Shown: in pieces, positions 1-18,189 of the stretch
How the letters are laid out: each line of letters opens with the position of its first letter
How positions within the stretch are numbered: the stretch's first letter is position 1
Source: the human T2T-CHM13v2.0 reference genome, Homo sapiens
DNA length: 64,000 nt
Reading direction: 5' to 3' (one strand)
NCBI RefSeq assembly: GCF_009914755.1
Contig: NC_060926.1
Notes under the pieces: model-generated
What the model was told of the DNA's origin: nothing
The model's input: only the letters and a program-made list of their open reading frames with translations
Databases searched by the model: none
Translations under genes and position numbers: made by a program

Positions 1-802
1 CTGCTTTGGCCCCAGGCTTCTGTTTCATAACTCTTTTTTATTGGAGCAGAAAGAAGCAGCACATTATTGTTCTCTTGCTCCGCGTTTTCTCATGGATCAA
101 GAAAGCAACAAGCACTTTGTGCAAATAGAAAAGCCTGCTTTGTTGTCTGAAGACAAGGAGGTGAGGTTGTAAGAAGCAGAGCTTTCACAGATCATAAAAG
201 GGACACTCCACACAAAGCAGGCTTGAGGCTGACTGGCAGGAGGGCCTGGGAATGAGTGCAAATAAATCATTTGCACTTATTCACTGGCTTCATCAAGGTT
301 TTACATGTTTCACTAGTAAAAGCAATCTTGGCAGGTGTGTGTCAAAGGCTCTCTGGCAGAGCTGTTTCTCCTAGAAGGATCATTCTAGGCTGATGTTATG
401 CAATAATGGTGTTTCTGAAAAATAGAGTCAGTTGATCATGTTGTTGAGGGCACTGTTTTAAGAAACCTTGGTACTCAGAATATGATAATTAGCAGTAAGC
501 TTTCCTGTATGTCACCTGCTCCTCCGTGTGACCTCTGAGGAGACAAGGTACTGTTGCTATCCTCAGTCATAGACGATGCAACCACGGCTCAGGGACCATG
601 AGCTCCCTTCCCTCAGCTCACACAGAAGACCCAGGTTCAATTCCTGATGTGTGTGTGTTCATTTTCCTTTATTCTGGTGATGTCATAAATCATTCCGTAA
701 TGTAAGTATCTCCCTTCAAACGTTGGAAGTTTTGAAGGTTGGATTTTCCTCAAGCAGAGTGCAAAAGTCAGTTCTTCTGATAAGAAGTCAATTCAGGAGA
801 AG

Positions 803-1097
803 GATACCCCATTCTCTGTGATTATTACACATTGCATGTCTGTATCAAAGCATCGTATGTGGGGAGGGCGGGGGACGGTGGGAAGAGCATTAGGGAAAAG
901 AGCTAATGCATGCTGGGCTTAACACCTAGGTGATGGGTTGATAGGTACAGCAAACCACCGTGGCACACATTTACCTATGTAACAAACCTGCACATCCTGC
1001 ACATGTACCCTGGAACTTAAAAAATAATAAACACAAAAAACTCATGCATCCCATAAATATATACACTTAACATGCAGCCACAAAAAATTAAAAAAAA
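803..1097 (+). mobile_element. L1MA-type 3' end interrupted by an older L1PA/L1PB-type 3' end (~861-1030)
   Basis: gattattacacattgcatg...ccataaatatatacac flanks gctaatgcatgctgggcttaa...acatgtaccctggaacttaaaa. Confidence 0.7.
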
Positions 1098-1282
1098 TTT
1101 AAAAGCCAATTTAACTGATAAGTTGCCACAACCTAATAAGATGTGTACGTGACTTTGAGAAACATCCCTCATTAAAAGAGTTAACTTTTTTTCCAACATT
1201 ATAAAAGGGAATAAACAATGAGAAATTTTCTTGTAAGCTACATGTCTTCTCTCCCCACCTTTAGATAAATGCTTTTTCTAGA

Positions 1283-1468
1283 ACAGTGATTCTCAAATTT
1301 TTAGTGAACATTGGAACCACCTGGAGGGCTTGTTAAAACAGATTGCTGGGCCCCACCCCTAGGGATTCTGATTCAGCAGGTCTAGGGTGGAGCTGGAAAA
1401 TTTGCATTTCTAATAAGTTTCCAGGTGATGCTGATGTTGCTGGTATAGGAACCTCACTTAAGAAGCAC
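1283..1468. mobile_element. MER5A-like hAT DNA transposon
   Basis: cagtgattctcaaa...ctgggccccacccc...gattctgattcagcaggtct...tttgcatttctaa...aggtgatgctgatg pattern. Confidence 0.75.
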
Positions 1469-2448
1469 AGTTTAGTGTTCTTCGTGTACCTACAGAGACT
1501 TGTATATCTCTGTATCTCTACACGTATACACAACAGATTATTAAAAATGAACCCATTCTTTACTAATAATTTTGAAATTTGTTTTCATTTAACAAAATAT
1601 CCTAGCTAACATTTCTTTGCTGATTTCCTACATCATATCCTAGATTAGGGATTTCTATCATTCTTTTTAATGGCTGCATAGAATTCCATTGTATTTTTGC
1701 ACCATTTATTTAACCAGTCTCTATTGTTGGAAGTTTAGATTTTTTCCATTTTTTTCCCCATTACAAACAATGCTGCAACCCTTTTGCTTATATCTTACAC
1801 GCTTGTGCTAATATTTCTGAAGGATAAATTCATAAAAGTGGAATAGATGGGTGATAATGTCTACATGGGTGATAATGTCTACATGTCTACATGTAAAATG
1901 TATAATGTATACATGTATACATGTAAAATTGTATAGAACTATCAAGTTCTCCCTCCCCCCATAAAGTTTGTTCCAATATTCCTACCAATAGTTTGAAAAA
2001 CCCCTAACTACCACTGGATATTAAGAATCTTTTTTTTTTAAATCTATGCTGATCTGATGGGCGAAAAATGTTATATTGTTATTTTAATTTGCATGTCTTT
2101 AATTATTAGTGAAGTTGAGTATATGTTATTGACCACTTATAATAATATTTCTTCTTAGGTGATATACCTGCTCATATCCACTGCCTGTTTTTAGAGAAGA
2201 GGCATCCAGAATGGCAGAAAGATGCATGGCAATGTCCTCATTGTGTCAGGCGTGGCTTGGGTCCCTGTACCCTACTGAAGAAATTTGAAGGTGCCACAGA
2301 AGAGAACCCAAAACAAGCCACAGAAATGAGCCAAAGTAATTAAAGGTGAGGGTATAGAAAAGTGAAATGAATAAAGATTGTTTAGGCCAGAGAATAGAAG
2401 ACTAAGGGGGAGGGGAAAGAAGGTAAACCTTACAATTCTGAATGATTA

Positions 2449-2901
2449 GTGTCATGGTTTGTGTGGCTATAACAGAATGCTATAGACTGGGTGATTTATT
2501 AATATAATAAAGAGAAATTTATTGGCTAATAGTTCTGGAGGCTGGAAAGTCCAAGGTCAAGATGCTGGCAGGTTTGGTGTGTGGTGAGGGCCTGGTCTCT
2601 GCTTCTAAGATGGCACCTTGAATGCTGCATCCTCTGGAGGGGAGGAGCACTGTTCCTCACATGACAGATAAGTGGAAGAGCTAAGAGAAGGCAAGAGAGA
2701 GGCAGGGACTGAACTCACCCTTTCATAAGGAACCTACTCCTGAGCTAACAAACCCACTCCCGCAATAATGACATTAATTCATTCATGAGACAGAGCCCTC
2801 AGGACCTAATCATCTCTTATTAGGCACCCCTCCCAACATTGATGCACTGGGGATTAAGTTTCCAACAAATGAATTTTGGGGGACACATTCAAACCATAGC
2901 A
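2449..2901. mobile_element. MST-family MaLR solo LTR
   Basis: gctataacagaat...gttctggaggctggaaagtccaaggtcaag...ggggacacattcaaaccatagca. Confidence 0.8.
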
Positions 2902-4597
2902 TGGAGTCTTTTGAGAAGGATGGCTGATGTGTGCTCTTTCTGCCAGGAACATGGACCAACGTAAATTCCCATAAGTGGGCTTTATTCAAAGTAAGTTCCA
3001 GTTATGATCTACATTTCCATTCTTAGAGACATTTCAACTCAATTGGAGATAATTTTGGTGCAGACTCCTGCCCTTTAAATCATGGAGCACAATCTTCCAA
3101 ATACCTTTGTGTTCCTTTTTTAGGCTAGAGAATTTTAAAATACAGTGAATGGTCAAATCAAATTGATTTCATTTAATTCAATATTGGGGCTCTTTCCAAT
3201 GATTTTGGGTTGCAGTGTTTGGAACTGCCCTGACTCTTCCCCCAGCAGCATGAGACCCAGTGTTCTGTGGTGCTCATTTATGGAGGTTTGCCCTGTGCTT
3301 GGATGTTGATTCTGTCACTAGAGTTAATATGACAGCAGCCTAGCCCAGCATTTCAGAGGTCCTCTCTCTCTATGGGACCTGATTAAGTGTCTTGCATTTA
3401 GGGAGTTCCCAGTTATAGGACATAACGGAAATATCAGCCCTTTTGGCATGCACTCTCTTCCCTTACAACAATCCTGACTCCAGGCTGATTACTGGGCCCC
3501 TTTTACCCCAAAAGTATCTTCTCATACCTGAGGCATTAGTTAGCAATGCCATAAGAAGAAGGTACTGCCAAGCTCCCTGGACCCTGCAGCTTTCTTCTTC
3601 TACGAATAGAATTACAGAATCTAGGCCAGAAAACCATAGCATTTTCAACTCCTCCCCACCCCTCCCTACCCCCACATCCCAGTAGTAGGCTAGATAGATC
3701 TTACCAAATATCTCCGAAATATTTTCCATTTTCATCTTCATTATCCCTGCTTCAATCTATCCTTTCCCCTTCTCTTGAATGAATGCATTGGCCTGCTGGC
3801 TTCCTCCAGTCATGTCCTCTTCCGGTACATTTTATCATATAACTATTTGTTCATTCATTCATTCATCCATCCGTTCATTCTAGGAGAGTTGACTTTATCT
3901 TTGTGCCAAACACACTCGAGAAATGCCACAAGACTGTGGGTTATTAATTATAAAGAAGATATCCAGGAAGTCAGCCCTCTTGGTTGAAAGGAATTGGAGG
4001 GATCCAAGGTGGAGTTCCAAAGAAAGATGGAGTTAAGGTGGGCCTTGAAGTGTGCATAGATAATATGGAAAATGATGTGAGTCAGCCATCCAGCTGTCAT
4101 TCCCCACTTTCTTGCTCAGTGATGCTTTTTGTTCACCCTCTCATATGCTCAGGGAAGTAGCTTACAACTCCAGCTGAGGGGGTCAATCCTGATTGAGTCA
4201 AACAAATTAAGGCTATTCCCCTTGCAGTGATTAGCTTAGGCAACAAAATCTTGAAGGGAACGGCTGCTGGGAGGCAGAAAAAGAGTGGCTCCTCTAAAAG
4301 GTATGGTTGTGTAGACTGTTAGTTGCCGTGTGGGATTCCTGGAGCACTATGATAGGTCTTCTGATTTTTCATGAAAAGCTTGAAATCTGATTAAAAATAA
4401 TTTTTTGATAAATCCCTTTGCTGAGCATGTGCTGGTGATTGGGATACACCTCTGGAAGCAGAATCCAGGGACAGAGGCATTTGGGCTTAGAGATGCAGAG
4501 TAGGTGGATGAAAATGCAAGGAGATAGAGATGGGAACTGGCTTTTGATGGACAGGTGTGGAATTCTGGTCCGGGTGACAAACATGATAATGACATTA

Positions 4598-4997
<400 letters not shown>

Positions 4998-6744
4998 TTA
5001 ATATTTTCCCATATAGTCTTTTTTTTCCCCTCTCCTGATGTTAGATTGTGAACCTTTTCTTCTCATCGTTAAAAGGCTCTCTGAAAACTTACTTTTGAAT
5101 GGTGATATCTAAGTCCAATACAAGGGCCATGTCTCATGTAACTCTAAATATTCTAATTCTGTTGGAATAAAACTCCTTCTTGAATCTTGGCTGGTTGTTC
5201 TGTTTGCTGCCTGTATGTTAAGCTGAAATGTCACCTGTGGTAAAATGCCTGTATTCTATTCTGAGGGTGGGGTAGGGGGTGATAGGAAAAAAATAAACCC
5301 AGCGGAGAGAAAAATCTAGTGAGAAGAACAAGGCCAAACCAATAACGCAGATCTTTAAGTGGAACTTAAGCCCTCAGTCCAGCCATGCCCTTAGTCTGAT
5401 TCCTCTTAGGAAAGTGTAATTAAATGTGTTGAGCCCTTCCTAGGTGTAAGCCATGCAAGCTCTGGGGAGTCTTACGGGGTCTGGGAGTGAGTGGGAAGCT
5501 TCTTCACTCTCCTGCTGCTAATTTCACTCTCAGGTAGCCTGGCTAGGCATGGAAGAAGGATCCAGGCAAATGCAAGTCCAACCTGTAAGGTTGGCTCAAA
5601 AGGCTAGCTGAGCAGCAATTTCCAAGGCTGAAGCCCTCTAGCTGCCTGCCCTAGGGGCCAGCAGGAAGGGACATGAGGAGGGCCTGCTGGAGTCCCTCAG
5701 GAGTAAGGTTGTCATACCGCCTTCTGAGCCCCATTTTTGTGTCTGTCACCTCTCACTGCCCTTTGGTTTGGGGGTGGGGGACCCTGGCAGACACACTATA
5801 CCTGCTTTGTGACTAGGTGTGTCTCCCCGAGGGTGTGTTCCTGTGCCTTGTGCAATGACTGCCGAGTCGCTGGGCACAGATCTGAATGTGTTTCTCAGGC
5901 AGCTGGCATGATGAAACCTGGCTGGCCCAGCTCCCCTGCAAACACTTGGCTCCCCTCGTCTCTACTGTATTCCCTTAACAGACACTCGACATGGTAGTGG
6001 GAACTGGCTTCAAAGATCATTCACAACACACCTGTGTTGAGTGAGATCTTGCTTTGTGTATACGTAACATGATTCCCAGGGATCAATAAGGCTGAAACCA
6101 ACAAAGCAAACAGACAAATAATGCAGGTTGTTTGTGTTGTTAATAATAGTTAATGCAATAGCTATTTATTGAGCATTTGCTATGTGTCGGTCTTTGGGCT
6201 GAGAGCATTAACTCATGTAAGTCTCACAAAACCTCTTTGCATTAGATATGATTAACACCCTCATTTTACCATGAGGAAACTGGGGCCCAGAGAAGTTGAG
6301 TAACCTTCCCAAGGTCCATGGTGGTAGAGTGAGGACTTAATCACAAGCCTATGCAGGTGACCATGACTTGTTATATCTGTGATGTGTTTTTTATCTGCCC
6401 CTTATCCTTGTAGGTCTGGAATAAGCCCTGCTGGTTGTAATGCCTTTTCTTATAATACACTTCAAATTAAAAACCTAAAATTTTATTTAGGATTTTAAAA
6501 ATCTCCATTTATAAATGAGATTGAACTATATAGTTCCCCCTATCCCCAATGTTTAGACATCTAGTCATATTTGCTTCAAATTTGAAATGAGTAGCTTTCT
6601 GAGCACTGGAATAATTTTAATTTGTTAGGGGAGGAGGGGAATATTTTCTTAAGCAAGACAGGAAACCCAGAACCAATTAAAAAAATAGACAAAATTGACT
6701 ACCTATATAACAAAAAATTCCATAAATGAAGTCAAAAGACAACA

Positions 6745-7000
6745 AGATTGGAGTTAGGAAGAATGAATAAAACCTAGTATTTGGTAGCACAACAAGGTGA
6801 CAATAGTCAATAATAATTTTACATTTAAAAATAACTAAAAGACTATAATTGGATTGTTTGTAACACAAAGGATAAATGCTTGAGAGGATGGATACCCTAT
6901 TTTCCACGATGTGATTATTATGCATTGCATGTCTGTATCAAAACATCCCAAGTATCCCATAAGTATATATACCTACTATATACCCACAAAATTAAAAAAT
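6745..7000 (+). mobile_element. L1MA-type 3' end within older L1M sequence, followed by (TA)n
   Basis: ataattggattgtttgtaacacaaaggataaatgcttgag...tacccacaaaattaaaaa. Confidence 0.75.
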
Positions 7001-7476
7001 TTTATATATATATATACATATATATATATATGACACAACAAGATTGGGAAAGTATTTGTAATACAAATGACAGATGAATAGTTAATATGACACAAAAAGA
7101 TTCTATAAGTTATAAGGAAAAGAAAAATAAGCCAATTAAAAATGAATAAAGAATGTGAATAGCAGCAACTCAAGAAGAGGAAATCCAAATGGCCAATTAT
7201 TATATTACAAGATTCTCAACCTCATTAATTAGCAGGAAAATGCAAATTAAAACAACATTGATATACTTTTAACATATCAGACCAGTAAAAATAAAAAAGG
7301 TTTATTATATCTAGGGTAGACAAGGATTCAAAAAATGGCTACTATCTCTGTGGTAGAAATGTGAATTACCACAATTGATTTAAGCCATCATGACAATTTC
7401 CAGTTACTCAATTTCCCAGGCTCCCTTGCAACTATCAGTGGCCATGTAACCCAGTTCTGGTCAATGAAATGTAAGG

Positions 7477-7764
7477 GGCCAGGCATGATGGCCTACATGT
7501 GTAATCCCAGCACTTTGGGAGGCTGAGGTGGGTGGATTGCTTGAGCTCAGGAATTTGAGACCAGCCTGAGCAACATGGCAAAACCTTGTCTCTACAAAAA
7601 ATACAAAATTAGCCAGATGTGGTGGCTCCTGGGGAGGCTGAAGTGGGAGGATCGCTTGGGCCTGGGAGGTCAAGGCTGCAGTCAGCTGAGTCAGCTGAGA
7701 TCATCACTGCACTCTAGCCTGGGTGACAGAGAGAGACCCCGTGTCAAAAAAAAAAAAAAAAAAA
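7477..7764 (+). mobile_element. Alu (AluJ-like, internal deletion) inside an MLT1-like LTR
   Basis: Alu consensus, polyA, flanking gtaaggg duplication. Confidence 0.9.
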
Positions 7765-8414
7765 GTAAGGGAAAGACTGCTGTTGCAGGATCTCTAGGAA
7801 GGCCTTTGCTTTGCTGATGTAAGGTACAAATGAGGCTGTTGCTACTTTTCAACTTTACCTTGAATTTGAACATGATTGATGCCTGGAGCTGCGGCAGCCA
7901 TGTAATCGTGAGGAAACAAGCATGAGAACAACATGCTAGGATAACAGAGCAGAAAAATGTATAAGGGCCTGGGCTTCTGAACTAATACCCACCACTACTA
8001 CCCTCTAAGCCCTTGTTATGGGTGAACAAATCATTATTTTTTAATTTAAGCCTCTGTTAGGAGGGTTTCTGTTAATGGTAGCCAAATATGCCTCTAATCA
8101 GATACATGTTTACCCTCAACCCAGCCATTCCTACATGTGACTTCATCCTAAGAAATGAAAGTACCAGTAGGTAAACATTTATGTACAATTTATGTATAAC
8201 ATTGACTTTGGAAGTGAAGAACTAAAAACAAATGGAGTATCTATCAATAGCCATGTGGTGAAATAAAATGTCATATATTCATACAATAAAATGTTGTACA
8301 GTTATTAAAAAGAATGATTTAGACTGATGTCTATTGACCTGGAGGGATGCTCATGATGTATTATTATGTGAAAAAAACCCCACAGAAATCTGAGTAGTTA
8401 ACACTTATAGTTAA

Positions 8415-8737
<323 letters not shown>

Positions 8738-9219
8738 GGAAAAATCTTTATATGTGTATAGATGTTTGTATATGTCTCCACCAGCATAGAAAAAAGGGTC
8801 AGAATGCCTGCAGGGATGAGGGAAGTAATGTAACTGAGTGAAACAAGCCTGATAGGAAAGATAAGCTGTTCTAAGTATTGTAAAACTTTATTTTTATTAG
8901 ACCATGAAGAGAAGCATCCAATATGATATAAATATGCGTGATATTGTTGATCATATTTTCAATATGGAGTTGAGTAAAAGAAAAATTGTATAATAATATG
9001 TTTTTGCTTTCTCATAATTTTTTATTACTTCTTTGTAGAATATGGATTCCAGTATTATTTCTGTTTGTACTGACAATTCAAAGACAGGTCTTATTTTCCT
9101 TTTTAATGATGCAAAGGTGGAATTCAGCCTTGAATCCTTTACTTGGAGGTAATGCTTAGTTTTCAAACAAAAAAAGTCTAATTAAAAGTGTGGCACTTCT
9201 AAACGGAGATATAGTGTTT

Positions 9220-11347
<2,128 letters not shown>

Positions 11348-12530
11348 ACAGTAACCATCACACGAACATTTATAGGATTCTGGTACACCCATGTCTTTTT
11401 ATTTAGTTTTCAGTACTGGATTTTAAAAACTCTTCATAGTTCTTCATCCACATCATTAATATATTAATTGGGAAAGACAACTGAACAACATTCATTTTCA
11501 TAATTTTAATAACAGGGGCCCATTTGTGGAATTCAATCTTCACCTCCTCAATTTAAAAATAAACTTCAGATCATCACTTTCATTACTAGAAAACTGATTT
11601 TTGTGCAGGAAGGTCAACCAGGTTGGTTCTTGCCAAATAAGTTTCCCAAAGACACAATTTCTCAAGAGTGAGCAAATGAAATCATACGTTTGAGGAACTA
11701 CTTGTGAATGCCCTTCAAAGGCATTTTGGAGGTGTTGTCTTGACAAAGAAAAGTAACAAGAATTGATCCAATTTTATTTGGTGAGCTGAGGTGGGGACTT
11801 TTCCTCAGATGACATGAATGATGCAATTTTCCTACCCATAGTTGAAACAATTGCTTTTGTATGAGGACACTAGTTAGCCAAATAACCTCTGTGTAGGGCA
11901 GCAGATTGCCATACTGTGAAGACAATTCATCGTGACTCTGGGTCAAGCCGGAGTGGGAATCTTGTGTACAGAGTTAATTACTACAGTCATCATGCATTAT
12001 CTTTTTAATGTTTTACCGACAAAGAGATTCCTGGTGAATGACACAATGAATTTAAATCCTATTTTCTTGCTGAATGATGCCACCATGGAAAAGTTTCATG
12101 AGAGGTCCCATGTTAGCACCAACATCACAGCAGCACTGTTTATATTTATATTGACTAATTTTGACCTGTCTACATTTAACTTCTCAAGAATGTTCTCTAT
12201 GCAAAATAATTTATTCCCTAATGTTGTGTCTGACATGGGCACATGTCCAAAAGTTCTTTGCTCATGTTAAAAAAACCAAAAAACCAACGAACAACTATAA
12301 GTATAGTAGCTGTATGATATTATTTATATCAATGGTCTCATCGGTGATAAGAAAAAAATCACAATTGCCTAATGGTTTCTTACTTTGTCCTGTACGTTTT
12401 GAATCCTGTCTTCATCATGCTGAACAACTGCATTTCCAGCAAATACATACTCATGTTGAGACAAAAACAATGAAAATTTCAGTCCATTTCTTCAGTTCAG
12501 TGATGGTTTCATTTTCATTTAACTTATTAT
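11348..12530 (-). mobile_element. Degenerate hAT (Charlie-like) transposase relic, probably continuing at ~8900-9231 left of the L1
   Basis: Minus-strand peptides DELSSQYGNLLPYTEVIWLTS resemble the Charlie-type YGDLLYHTEVRWLSRG motif, and FHGGIIQQEN (~12062-12091) resembles FHCIIHQE; order is colinear. Boundaries approximate. Confidence 0.6.
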
Positions 12531-12579
12531 TTTTCCTTTTTTCCATAATGGGATCTATAGTTGTCCTTTTTTGTGTGTT

Positions 12580-14730
12580 AGGAATAGTTTTATTGAGATA
12601 CAGTTTACATACCAAAAAATTCATTCTTTATGCAATTCTTCAAGTATACAATTCTTTAAGTATACATTCAGCAGTTTTTAGTTAACTCAATGTTGCATAA
12701 CCATCACTACTACTTAATTTTAGAACATGTTCAACATCCCCAAAAGAAACTCTACTCATTAGCAGATACCCTCTGTCCTTCTCCCCCAGCTCCTAGCAAC
12801 AAATAATCTATGGATTTGCCTATTTTAGATAATTCATGTAAATAGAGTCATACAATATGTGGTCTATTGTGATTGGCTTCTTTCACATAGTGTAATGTTT
12901 TCCAGATTCATCCACAATATAGCATGTAACAGTATTTCATTTTTTTGGCCAAATAATATTGCACAGTCTGTGCCACATTTAAAAAATCCATTCAATTGAT
13001 AGACATGTGGATTGTTTCTATTTTTTAGCTATTAAAAATAATGCTCCTGTGAACATTTATGTGCAAGTTTTTGTGTGGACATATATTTTCTTTTTTTGTG
13101 TGTGTATATATATACCCAGGAGTAGAATTTCTGAGTCATATAGTAACTCTATGTTTAATCATTTGAGGAACCACTAAACTATTTCCAAAGTGGCGGCATC
13201 ATTTGACATTCCCACCAGCAATGTATGAGGATTCTAATTCCTCCACATCCTTGTCAACACTTGTTATTATCTGACTTTTTGATTCTAGCCACCCTAGTGG
13301 ATGTAAAATGGTATCTCATTGTGGTTTTGATTTGCTTTTCTCTGTTAACTAATGATGCTGAACATCTTTTCATATGCTTGTTGACCATTCATATATCTTT
13401 GGACAGATGTTTATTCAAATCCTTTGTCCATTTTTAAATTGGGTTATTTGCCTTTTTATTGTTAAGTTATGAATTCTTTATTTATTTTAGATACTTATCT
13501 CTTGGATACATAATTTGAAAATATTTTCTCCCGTTCTGTAGATTATCTTTTCACTTTCTTGATGGTATTCCTTGGAGCACAAAATACTTTAATTTCAATG
13601 ACATTCAACTTATCTATTTTTTCTTCGGTGTTGTATTTAAGAATCATTGCTTAACCCAATGTCACAAAGATTTATGCCTGTTTTCTTCTAAGATTTTTAT
13701 ATTTTTACCTTTTATATTTAGGTATATTATCTATTTTGAGTTGTATGTGATTTGAGATAGGGGTCCAACTTCATCCTTTTACATGTTATTATCTAGTTGT
13801 CTCAGCACCATTTGTTGGGAAAGAATATTCCTTCCCCATTGGCTTGTCTTGGTACCTTTGTCAAAGATTGGTTAGCCACAGAGGTATGATTTTATTTCTG
13901 GACATTCTATTCTATTCTATTCTATTCTATTCTATTCTATTCTATTCTATTCTATTCTATTCTATTCTATTCTATTCTATTCTATTCTATTCTATTCCAT
14001 TCCATTCCATTCCATTCCATTGATCTATTTTTTAGGTCTGTTTTGTCTGTTCTTGCACCAATTTCATACTGCTTTGATTCTCATTGTTTTATAGTAGTTT
14101 TGAAATCAGGAACTGTGAGTCTTCTTACTTTTTACTTTTTTTAAGATTTGGCTATTCTGGATTCCTGGCAATTCCATATGAATTTTAGAATCAGCTTGTT
14201 AGTTTCCACAAAGAAGTCAGCTGAGATTCGGATAGGGATTGCCTGAGTTTGTAGATCAATTTGGGGAGTATTGCCGTCTTAACAATATTAAGTCTTCCAA
14301 TCCATGAACATGGAATATTTTTTCATTCATTTAGATCTTCCTTAGTTGTTTTCAACAGTTTTTTTGTGGTTTTCTGAGGATAAGTTTTGCACTTCTTTTG
14401 TTAAGTTTATTTCTAAGTATTTTATTTGCTACTGTTGTGAGTTGTTTTCTTAATTTTATGTTTGGATTGTTCATTGCAAGTGTATAGAAATATGGTTTTT
14501 TAAAAGTATTAAACTTGTATTCTGTAACCTTGCTGAACTCATTTATTAGTTCTGATATATATATTTAGGTAGATTATTTAGGGTTTCCTATATATAAGAT
14601 CTATAATCTATTATATGAATAAAGATCCTTTCCAATATGGATTCTTTTTATTTATTTTTTCTTTCTTAACTGCCCTGGTTAGAACCTCCAGTACAATGTT
14701 GAATAGAAGTGGTGAGGGTGGACATGTACC
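12580..14730 (-). mobile_element. Old L1M (L1MB/MC-like) 3' fragment
   Basis: cattcccaccagcaatgtatgagg, ggtatctcattgtggttttgatttgc and ccagtacaatgttgaatagaagtggtgag motifs. Confidence 0.85.
13904..14018 (+). repeat. Compound pentanucleotide STR (ATTCT)18(ATTCC)5
   Basis: Counted directly in the sequence. Confidence 0.95.
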
Positions 14731-16543
14731 ACTTATCTCTCCTGGCCAAAATTATTTATGTCTTTGCTTAATAAAAACATTGAGTTGCTATTGTTATTGT
14801 TGTAGCTAGCTAAATTCATATTATTAACTTCTAGTTTCAGCATATTATCTTTAGAGAATGTAAATTGTACACTTTTGGTGGGTCACCTTTAGAGTTTTCT
14901 CTATTTCAATGTACATGGTTTTGTGAAAAAAAGACTGCATCTAGAGTTTGAGATATGCCTTTTATCCTACGTCAATATCTTAAATAGTCATTTAAGGAAA
15001 CATCATAAAGTTACAGATTAAATGCTTTTGAGGATGTTTATGACCTCTCAAAACTCAACTCAAAAACCATAGCATTGAAATTGGGGGTTTAATATGCCTT
15101 TGCCAGAGTTACATCATTTGTAATTTCTTTCCCAGAATGGAGATAACCTGGTATACATATGAATATATATTGAGGGAATAAGGCTTGGGTGTGGCCATAA
15201 TTAGGCCCCATATAGAGCAGCCAGTCATATTCAGCTGAGGGGTCTTTACTGTATATTCATAGATCCTTAGGTGGGTGGAAGAAGGTCGCAGAATGTTTGG
15301 AACGTATTTCTGACCCAGCTGAAGACAGCATTAGATCAAAACATAAAAGATGAAGGAGATAAAAAATGATAGACAACACTCTGTGCTAGATACTGTTCTA
15401 ATCTTTACAAAATGTGCATGTTTAATCTCCACCACCATTCTTTAAAGTATCTGCATTTTACAGTGGAGGAAAGTGAGGTGCATAGACATTAAATAACTCA
15501 CCCAAGTTCACACAGCTAACAAGTGACAGAGCTGGGATTTGAGCCTAGGCGGACTGACTTCTAAGCTGTGCTCTGACCACTAAGCTACAGTGCAGTGAAG
15601 ATCAGTGGCAGAGGAGTGGTCAGGAGACTGCTGGCTTTGGGGGCTTCACAGAGAAGTTATTTGGTATCCCTGACTTTCTCACACAGATTATCAAGAAGGA
15701 AACAGGGAGATTTCAGGCTGCATTTGGGAGGAGGGCTGGGAAAATATCTGGGTTAGATTTGTCATAGGGTCTTTAACATGTTCTTTTGCTTCAAAGGCTA
15801 GGAGAAAAGCCGTGGAAGCTCCATTCACTTATTGTAAATACTAATACTTTCTCTGAGCATAGTACACTTCTGTCTACTTTCAGGGTGTGCCCAAGAAGTT
15901 GGTTCCCCTTATCTCCCTTCCAATTTTGTTCCTGGAAATTAAGCGTCCATAGGTATAAATGTTTTTCTGCTTTCTAAACAGTACCTTACCTGTTAGGGAG
16001 ATTCCAAACTCTGTTCATTTCTGCTTTATATTTTTTGAATACCTTATGCTATTAGCTACACACATACAGATTTTTATGTATTTTTATATCTTCCTGGTGA
16101 ATTTATCTTATGTGAGTATAGCTACACTAGATTTCTTTTAGTTGGCATTTTTATAGTCTATTTTTTTCTACCTTTTTACCTTTAATTTTTCTGGGTCCAT
16201 ATTTTTCAGGTGCATTTCTTATAAGCAGTACATAGTCAGGTTTATTTTTTAATCCAGTGTTTGAATTTTAATTGGAATGTTTAGTTTATTTACATTTAAT
16301 ATAGTTACCAATTTAGTTGGGTCGAAATCTCTCATTTGTCACATTTTTTAATGTTTCTTTTTCTCTCCTTTTGTGCTTTATTTTGGTTCAATTAAGTTCT
16401 TTTTATTTTCCCATTTCCCCCTCCTTTTAGATTATTGGTTATACATTATTTTACTTTTATTTTAATGGTTACTTTAGAGATTACAACATGCATTCTTGAG
16501 TTATTAAGGTCTAATAAAAATGAATAGACTTACCACTTTCTAA

Positions 16544-17072
<529 letters not shown>

Positions 17073-17781
17073 TAGTATAACTTGTAGTGTGTAGCTTTTT
17101 CTGCTGAATTATTTCCCCTTTTGTTTGGCTGCAAAGTGTCCCTATTCTGTATTAATTTAGGATATTTTCAGTGGATATAGAATTTAGGTGCAAAAGTCCT
17201 TAAGAAAATACCAGTGAGTAGAATCCTACAATATTTCTAAAGAATGATACACTATCTGGTAAATTTATCCATCCAATTTATCCAGGAATTTAGACGTCCA
17301 TCCATCTGTCCATCCATCCATCCATCCGTCTATCCATCCACCCATCCAATTTGGTCGTCTACTATGTGTCAAGTATTGAGCTTGATGTCAAATATTTAGT
17401 GGTGAAGAAGACAGATATAATTCCTACCTTCATGGAGCTTACTATCTAGTGGAGAAGACAGATATTAACCTAGTAAAAAATATACATATAATATAAATTG
17501 TGGTAAGTTCTATGAAGGAAATGAACATAATATTGGATGGAGAATAACTAGAGTGGAAGGGGTATTCAGGGTAGTGGAGTGGACTTACATGTAGGAGTCT
17601 CTTGAGGTGACATTTAACTGAGACCTGAAGGAAAAGGAGCCAGTCATAGAAGGGCTGGGGTGGGGTGTGAGAAAGAATTTTTCAGAAAAGCAAGGTTTAA
17701 TGTTAATACAATTTAATTTTGATATAATTTAATATTGATATAATGTGTTACCTTATAAATAATAGTGGGGAGCCCATATGA

Positions 17782-18189
<408 letters not shown>

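Noticed and set aside
12161-12685. 174-aa plus-strand ORF with a hydrophobic C-terminus
   Set aside because: Non-ATG start, AT-rich, runs antisense over decayed transposon and L1 sequence; no recognisable domain.
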